From the IMG/VR virus record IMGVR_UViG_3300018059_000546: a DNA stretch of 64,000 nt. One strand, 5' to 3'. The DNA is from a virus. The first letter of the stretch is position 1, and the number at the start of each line of letters is the position of its first letter. The notes beneath the pieces were generated by a model that did not search any database, was not told the origin of the DNA, and saw only the letters and a program-made list of their open reading frames with translations. Position numbers and translations under genes: made by a program. Of the stretch, positions 58,061-64,000 are shown piece by piece.

Positions 58061-58249
58061 TCAGATCTTACGTTTCTTCTTTGCCTTCGGCTTGGGCCAC
58101 TTTCCCTTGAGCTTAAGGGTCGGTGATTCAGGGTCGATGGACATGCCGAGCGGGAGCGTGTAACCTGGGCAAGCCCCGGCACCCGTGAATTCGTTGACAA
58201 TTTCCTCGACAAGTTCCCGAAGAAGTTGGTCAAATTCGTCACCCGACAT
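58061..58249 (-). CDS. small protein with LLRELVEEIVNE motif
   Basis: TACTTA motif 6 nt upstream; GYTLPLG. Confidence 0.6.
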   Translation of the reverse strand: MSGDEFDQLLRELVEEIVNEFTGAGACPGYTLPLGMSIDPESPTLKLKGKWPKPKAKKKRKI

Positions 58250-58275
58250 GCCCTATAAGTATGTCGAATCGGCCT

Positions 58276-58566
58276 CTACTGCCCAAAAATGACTAGAATA
58301 TCGTCTTCTCGGATGATAAGATATTCCTCACCATCGAACTTAATTTCTGTGCCGCTGTACTTCCCAAAGAGGATTCGATCACCGACATTCACAGTCAGGG
58401 GTACTGTGGTGCCGTCCTGAAGGAACCTTCCAGGGCCGACAGCAAGAACCTCTCCCTCAATCGGCTTTTCCTTAGCATTTCCAGGGATGATGATTCCTCC
58501 GGGAGTCATCTCAGCTTCTGGTTGACGCCTGACCACGACTCGATCGTGCAAGGGACGCGCCTTCAT
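58276..58566 (-). CDS. groES: co-chaperonin GroES
   Basis: [32 protein letters not shown]. Confidence 0.97.
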   Translation of the reverse strand: MKARPLHDRVVVRRQPEAEMTPGGIIIPGNAKEKPIEGEVLAVGPGRFLQDGTTVPLTVNVGDRILFGKYSGTEIKFDGEEYLIIREDDILVIFGQ

Positions 58567-58871
58567 GCGACCACCAGTCCGATCGGATTCGCTGATTCTT
58601 GGTTCATCACGTGGAGGTCGGCATTTTCCCCTTCTTTCGCGAATCGAAAGCGACGACCGATCTCCTTTGTGAATTCGGATGGAATGTCCAGATTCGCTTC
58701 ATCCAGCTGCCCATTGATCGTGTAAGTTCGAAGCTGCTCTTCGAAGGTATCTTCCGAGATCTGCTCCACAATCACAATCTTGTAATCGAATGGATAGGTT
58801 CCCGCAGGATCAAATGGGCTCTGCTGCGTTTCGATCTCTTCGGGCGAGGGCCAGTTCGTATTTGTATTCAT
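58563..58871 (-). CDS. hypothetical protein
   Basis: Coupled. Confidence 0.6.
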   Translation of the reverse strand: MNTNTNWPSPEEIETQQSPFDPAGTYPFDYKIVIVEQISEDTFEEQLRTYTINGQLDEANLDIPSEFTKEIGRRFRFAKEGENADLHVMNQESANPIGLVVA

Positions 58872-59134
58872 TGCTGGTTTCCGTTTCTCTCTTTCAAAAG
58901 TTTCTCCACATCAGATACAGCGCAAGTGCTCTCGTGACCGTATTCGATCCATTTTTTACAAGAACGGCAGCTCAGACCTGCGAAGGTTCCTTCTTTCGAA
59001 GATCCCATTCCTAAGCTGTACTGCGCATGATAGTACTTTCTTATCTCTCCGAGGGCAAGCATAGCATTTTCTGCTAGAGTTTCCTGCTCTTTCGCAAACG
59101 TAGCTTCGTCAAATAGTTCGTTAGATCTCTTCAC
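58868..59134 (-). CDS. hypothetical protein with CxxC..H..C motif
   Basis: Coupled. Confidence 0.6.
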   Translation of the reverse strand: MKRSNELFDEATFAKEQETLAENAMLALGEIRKYYHAQYSLGMGSSKEGTFAGLSCRSCKKWIEYGHESTCAVSDVEKLLKERNGNQQ

Positions 59135-59958
59135 TTGCTTTCTCTGTTATTCTTTCTTCGAGTTTCCCAACCTTTTCGAGATTTCGCTTGCCGTTGTTCT
59201 ACCGTTTGGCTATCAGCAATCTTTTGAGCACGAATTTTGACCTGCTCAGGATTGTTTTTACACCATTCCGACAACTTCATAGAAATCTTTTTTCCAAACT
59301 CTTCATTGAAGAGTGGGTCAGTTGCGAGCTTATAACACATAGCTGCGTTACCTAATCGAGCATTCGCCGCTTGCGTTTCAAGATATTTCTTTTTAAATTC
59401 TTCATCATTATCCAAGTGATTTCTAAGCGTAATTTGAGCTTTGTTGGCGTGCTCTTTACACTTGTGTAAGTTTTCTTCAAGCCATGAAATTCGAGCGATG
59501 CTCAATTTTTGTCTTGTCTCATTAGAAACATCATTCTCTAGATAAAATGCTAAAAGTTGTTGTTTCTTTGCCTGACGAGCAGTTTGCGATAATTTTCGAA
59601 GTCCTTTGACACTCCCACCGTTGCCACCCTTGTTGAAATTCATTCCGCCGTGCTCGCACCACGTACGATAGACGACAATAGATTCAATTTCAACAGCATC
59701 CATCTCTTCTTTTGAAGAACACCTTCTGATAAGACGAATTTGAAGATTTTCGACTCCTCCGTGAGTTTTCATAAAAGTATGAAATCGAAGAAAGTTTTTT
59801 CCCGGTGGACGATTTTCTGTGAGAAGACATATTGCTCGGCGATGTTCACGAGCACGAACTTCAAATCCATGAAGAGCTTGGCCAACGTAAATGTCTCGAT
59901 CATTGCAAGTTGGGCAGAGGCAACTACAGCAATAGACATCAAACAGATTTATTTTCAT
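59131..59958 (-). mobile_element. GIY-YIG homing endonuclease
   Basis: DVY...IYVGQ...R..EH...E...GMNFNKGG; AT-rich. Confidence 0.8.
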
Positions 59959-60544
59959 CTCGTTTTTCTTCTTCGCAAGAAATCCTATCTGCTTGATGTA
60001 CAAATATAGCAAGCAATGGTTCTTTCATTGCATATGGTTTGTTTTCATCCAATACCGGACCATCGTTCAATAGAATTGCTGCAAATTCGTTGTACGAAAT
60101 TCTAATGTCAAAATGTTGGCACAAAAAGACTCCTGCATGAGAAGTTGTTAGAAATGGCATCTTCTTATTGATTTCGTACACATTTCCCTTATTACGATGC
60201 CAATCGCTAGATTGCGGAAGATATCGTTCTGCGGACGGCATACCGAGCTTTCCAATGTCATGGAACAATGACGCAAATATAAGTTCTTCTTTAGAAAAAT
60301 CAATAGAATCTTTAAACGTTTGCATAAGTTTCATTCCATTTTTAAGAACTCTTAGCGAATGTTCAACAAGTCCGCCAGGTGTCGCTCTGTGAAACTCTGT
60401 TCTACTCGATGCAGGACACATGGCCAATCTCTCTCCGAAATGTTCGAAGAACTGCTTGAGCCCTTCCTGCCGATGCGCTCCGGTTTTACCGGCCAGAGCT
60501 TCGAATTTGTTGTAGTTCTCAACGATCTGTTCAGGTGTCAACAT
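59939..60544 (-). CDS. HD-domain hydrolase (YhaM-like)
   Basis: PAS..FH..PGGLVEHSL, FHDIGK, HQAD. Confidence 0.88.
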   Translation of the reverse strand: MLTPEQIVENYNKFEALAGKTGAHRQEGLKQFFEHFGERLAMCPASSRTEFHRATPGGLVEHSLRVLKNGMKLMQTFKDSIDFSKEELIFASLFHDIGKLGMPSAERYLPQSSDWHRNKGNVYEINKKMPFLTTSHAGVFLCQHFDIRISYNEFAAILLNDGPVLDENKPYAMKEPLLAIFVHQADRISCEEEKRDENKSV

Positions 60545-60550
60545 ACCCTA

Positions 60551-61780
60551 CTAAGGTTCAATAATCGAGGGTGGTTTTGCAAAGTCTCCGATCGTCAAGG
60601 GAAACACACAGTCCAGCTGAGAACAGTAGAATCCCTTGGAAACGAGGGCAGAAAGCTTGGAGAATTCTTCATCGGAAATTTCCCCCACGAGAGCATCGTG
60701 AACAAGGAACATGGGTTTGAATTCTATCCCGAGGAATTCGATGTCCATGACCAACTTATCGAACCCAATGTGTGCCACGTCGACCCCTGAAGACTGGATG
60801 TAGTTGTTCAGAAGGGCTGGCTTATTGATCTCGATCGTCTTACCGAAAAAGTTCTTAGTGCTGTCTCCGTACGTTTCTCTCTCAATCCTAGAAAGAAGCT
60901 CCTTGATTTTGAAGTGCTTCTTGACAGTGGAGAGAATGACACGACAATCATCCGCCGGCATTTCGATGTGAGCCGACAAGGTGTCCACGGACATACCGTA
61001 AAGGATGCCGAGGACCGCGACCTTTGTCTTGTCCCGAGAGAGCTTTCCAGAGAAGCACGCTTCAGTGAGTTCTGTATAGAGATCTCCCTTGGAAGCGGGC
61101 AACTTTGCCAACGCGGCGAGTAACCTTGGCTCTAACGAAGAGAAGTCGATCTGGATGATCCTAGATTTCTTCGGTGCGATGAATAAGTTTCTGTGTTCCT
61201 TGGGAAGGGTTAGAACCATCGGTCCTGTGTTCACGGTCAGACGTCCGGTACGGGTCCCAAAGAAATTGTAGATCGGTGGTCTCACGAACCCATCTTCATG
61301 GGGAAGCAACGAATCTAGATGTGCGAGCAAAGAATCGTTCGCAGAATCGAAAGCTTTGCGAAGCAACCTCTCATCGACCTTGAACGGTTTAAATTTCGAG
61401 ACAAGACGACGGAAATTTCGATATCCAGTCTCGTAGTAGACATCGTTCACGTCCATCAGAGAAACGGCAGTGAGGAAGTTTTTGAGCGTCTCTTTGTAGA
61501 CGGTCGACGGCATGCACAAACTCCACGGAATGGACTTCACATGGGACGGAAGAATGCGAGAGTACACCTTTTGATTCACCACTCCTGGATTGTACTCTAC
61601 TGCCAACCCATTCACTCTCAGAAGGGTTTTCAAGCACTTGTCAACTAACCCTTCGCTTCTATCAAAGATCCATTCTGGTGACACCAGATCGTCCGACCAC
61701 GAAATCTTTCCAGAATCGTAGGCTACATGCTTGAGCGCGCCTACCACATCCCTGTGGACTAGAAATTTCTTAGTCTGCAT
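60551..61780 (-). CDS. family A DNA polymerase, polymerase domain only
   Basis: TRTGRL, IDFSSLEPR (motif A), RDKTK...LYG (motif B), NNYIQS, VHDAL (motif C). Confidence 0.88.
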   Translation of the reverse strand: MQTKKFLVHRDVVGALKHVAYDSGKISWSDDLVSPEWIFDRSEGLVDKCLKTLLRVNGLAVEYNPGVVNQKVYSRILPSHVKSIPWSLCMPSTVYKETLKNFLTAVSLMDVNDVYYETGYRNFRRLVSKFKPFKVDERLLRKAFDSANDSLLAHLDSLLPHEDGFVRPPIYNFFGTRTGRLTVNTGPMVLTLPKEHRNLFIAPKKSRIIQIDFSSLEPRLLAALAKLPASKGDLYTELTEACFSGKLSRDKTKVAVLGILYGMSVDTLSAHIEMPADDCRVILSTVKKHFKIKELLSRIERETYGDSTKNFFGKTIEINKPALLNNYIQSSGVDVAHIGFDKLVMDIEFLGIEFKPMFLVHDALVGEISDEEFSKLSALVSKGFYCSQLDCVFPLTIGDFAKPPSIIEP

Positions 61781-61816
61781 ACCCTGTCAAAGTACTACGC
61801 TATTTGCGCAAGAACT

Positions 61817-64000
61817 TCACTTGGGTTTGATTTTTGCAGCATCTTTCTTGAGGATTGCTGAAAGTTGATCGACTTTAGAGATGATAGATTCGAGAACTCC
61901 GTATGAATCCAGCGGGACGAACTTCAAGTGAGACGTGAACGACCCTTGCTTGATCTTGTGCTCGAGGTTAGTAAGGAGATAGATGTTGTCCGCGGTCGTG
62001 CCGGTGGAGAAGTCTATGAAGAATTGCTGGTTGATGTTCAATAAAGGGCATCCGAATGTCTCCATGTCCAACTGACATGGAATGACCCTAAGAGGGATGC
62101 CACCGACGGCAGAGCCGTTGGGTTCTGTATTGTTCTGCCTTCCAGCCGTGCGAAGCATTTGAACCGTGCTGAGGAGCTGGTTCTGTTGGGTCGCGAGGTT
62201 TGCTGAAATTATCGCTGAGTTGTTAGATCCGTACGTCAGGCTTGGTAGGGCAGACGACACCACGCGCTTGATCTCTTCCGCAGAAGTAGCTCGAACTCTG
62301 ACCTCTCCCGTTTTCGTGTCGTCATCGCTACCGGTCAATCCAACATCGTTCGATTTGATGAGGTTGATGACATCTCGAACCTGCTGGTTCGCGTAGAACT
62401 TGTCCGCTCGTTCAACGATTTGCTGCAACCCAGTTTGGGTCGTGAGCATCTGCATGAACTGGTCGTAGGGTGAAGCCTGCTTGTCGAAGACGTGAATACG
62501 CAGGATGTCGTGCAATGCCTTGTCGTGGGTAGTCTCCCCGTTCTTGAGAACTCGTCCTCCACGCGTTTCGACGTACGCTTCGATGGCAGGAAACTTGAAC
62601 GATCCTCCCTGTCCTTTCATGATCTCGGCGAAGTCGTCTTCGATCTTCGCCCCGCTGTAGACTGCCTTTCCTTCGGAGTCCTTCTTGTACTTGTTTCTAA
62701 GTCCGTAGGCAAGAGCTCTGGGATCGTTGATGATGGCAGATTGCAGGAGCAAAACGAACTCGTTGACGGTCATGTCGACATTTCGTTTGCTGTGAATGTG
62801 ATCGTTGAACACTTCATCGAGTTGAGCGATTTCGACCGGGAAAGATCCGATGGCGACGTCGCGGGCTTTACCAGCTTGGGAATTGAACTGGTAGAAGATC
62901 AGTTGGATTTCGTCGAAATTCGGTGATGCCAGCAACGGCTCGACAGCGAATACGAGCATCACCTTAGCAAGCGATACGAACTTCTTCGGACGTCGTGGGT
63001 CTCCCGGCTTGAAGTCAGCTTGCAGGCCGTTCTTCGCTATTTCGTCGGCGTAGGTCGTAGCATCCAAGAAAGGATCGGGACCCTCTCTGAGCTTGTCCAT
63101 CTTGCCCTTGATGAAGCTCTTGATGGTGCTGTTCTGCTTCTCTAAGAATCCCTCTTTCTCATTGAAGATCTTGTCGAGAGCTTCGGCGAGCTGCTTATGA
63201 GCTTCGCTGTTAGGGTTCTTCGAGAGCTGTGCTATTAGGTTGGGGATCTCTCCCTTCTTGAACCCGGTCATGAGCTGTCCATTAGACACCGAATCTAGAA
63301 TCTGGTAGGAACGAATTTCCTTGTTGACGAACTCTGGTTTCTTGAGTCCAGCCTTCTCACGGAGCCGATTGACGTCTTCCATCAATTTTTCGAGCTCGCG
63401 CTGGTTGTCAGCGTATCCATCTCCCTCAGAGATCTTTACGATCCTCATCTCTTGTGCGCCCTTCATGGCGAGAGAGAGAGTGATGTGAACCTGCTGCGCG
63501 TTATCGAACGAGAATGAAACATTCACGATGCCATATTTTTCGTTCTTCACGATCATCTGATTAAGAAGATCGCCGTAGGCGTTGTCTGAATTAATGCCAT
63601 CAGGATGTTTCCACCCATACGAAATGCTAAGAGTCGTGTTCGTGTAAACTTCTGGTCGAACAAAATCGCTGATCTCTGCGAGACGAGATCGATCATGAAG
63701 AATGAGGTTCAGCTTCGCAGTCTTGTAACTGAACATTCCGGTGGATTTCGTAGCATGCACTTCGAAAGATTCGATAGACATGAACGGACGGAAGGCATCG
63801 AGGATCGGGGCGTGCCGACGAGCCGATCCGCCTTCGATGGACGCGGGATTGAAGAGAGTTTGGGTTGCAGTTGCCAGTTCCATCCCTGCTGTGAAGACCG
63901 TTTTCTTCTGACCGCCAGGACCCGATTCGGTGTCTTGCGCGGCGTTGAACATCGCGAGGTCAGCTTTGCCTGCCCTGCTAAGTTCTAAGCCCCCGTTGAG
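61817..64000 (-). CDS. large hypothetical, probably tail/baseplate protein (N-terminus beyond window)
   Basis: Frame is open to the right edge; C-terminal GCPLL..QQFFIDF.TGTTADNIY...H.I..G.F.S pattern. Confidence 0.6.
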   Translation of the reverse strand, partial: LNGGLELSRAGKADLAMFNAAQDTESGPGGQKKTVFTAGMELATATQTLFNPASIEGGSARRHAPILDAFRPFMSIESFEVHATKSTGMFSYKTAKLNLILHDRSRLAEISDFVRPEVYTNTTLSISYGWKHPDGINSDNAYGDLLNQMIVKNEKYGIVNVSFSFDNAQQVHITLSLAMKGAQEMRIVKISEGDGYADNQRELEKLMEDVNRLREKAGLKKPEFVNKEIRSYQILDSVSNGQLMTGFKKGEIPNLIAQLSKNPNSEAHKQLAEALDKIFNEKEGFLEKQNSTIKSFIKGKMDKLREGPDPFLDATTYADEIAKNGLQADFKPGDPRRPKKFVSLAKVMLVFAVEPLLASPNFDEIQLIFYQFNSQAGKARDVAIGSFPVEIAQLDEVFNDHIHSKRNVDMTVNEFVLLLQSAIINDPRALAYGLRNKYKKDSEGKAVYSGAKIEDDFAEIMKGQGGSFKFPAIEAYVETRGGRVLKNGETTHDKALHDILRIHVFDKQASPYDQFMQMLTTQTGLQQIVERADKFYANQQVRDVINLIKSNDVGLTGSDDDTKTGEVRVRATSAEEIKRVVSSALPSLTYGSNNSAIISANLATQQNQLLSTVQMLRTAGRQNNTEPNGSAVGGIPLRVIPCQLDMETFGCPLLNINQQFFIDFSTGTTADNIYLLTNLEHKIKQGSFTSHLKFVPLDSYGVLESIISKVDQLSAILKKDAAKIKPK

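Noticed and set aside
10916-58566. Cellular (bacterial chromosome) origin suggested by groES, map, clpP, sod and dnaE
   Set aside because: Single-strand dense gene packing, gp32/gp41-like genes, many homing endonucleases and groES without groEL indicate a large phage.
29-63988. Many long plus-strand ORFs (e.g. 29..673, 31926..32690, 53005..53778)
   Set aside because: They are antisense shadows of well-supported minus-strand genes and contain no recognisable motifs.
1-64000. Genome-wide TAG or TGA recoding
   Set aside because: Long genes are intact under the standard code, and TAG/TGA end genes at sensible positions (e.g. dCMP deaminase, GroES).
1-64000. CRISPR array, tRNA or rRNA genes
   Set aside because: No repeat-spacer periodicity or cloverleaf seen by eye, and intergenic gaps are very short. 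tRNAscan was not run.

Overview
This window is a segment of a large (jumbo-type, T4-superfamily-like) tailed phage genome. Essentially all genes are on the minus strand and are tightly coupled by ATGA/TAATG overlaps. Replication and recombination genes include DnaE, a stand-alone family A polymerase domain, a 5'-3' exonuclease, a DnaB-like helicase, a gp32-like SSB, an intein-containing DinG-like helicase and RecA. Nucleotide metabolism genes include class II RNR, ThyX, TK, dCMP deaminase, two dNMP kinases, dUTPase, an all-alpha dCTPase-like enzyme and an IMPDH/GMPR. Auxiliary genes include SOD, Dps-like, IscA/ErpA, ClpP, GroES, MAP, Pth2, a PLP aminotransferase and a GH5-esterase fusion. There are eight free-standing AT-rich homing-endonuclease-type genes. 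Highlights: (1) recA is fractured by a naturally split intein with a 13-aa N-fragment and an endonuclease gene between the halves; (2) a dispersed cytosine hypermodification pathway (dCMP hydroxymethylase, BGT-like transferase, dCTPase-like, extra kinase) sits with UDP-xylose synthase and an epimerase, suggesting pentosyl-hmC DNA; (3) an unannotated minigene/anti-SD attenuator (MLNFW-amber-HCRGPP) precedes a peptidyl-tRNA hydrolase operon; (4) two mini-genes resemble fragments of major capsid and portal proteins; (5) a shared N-terminal IRxLIRE-like motif and a TANTTA upstream motif mark putative late, head-packaged proteins. All calls come from motif recognition by eye; no database searches were run.
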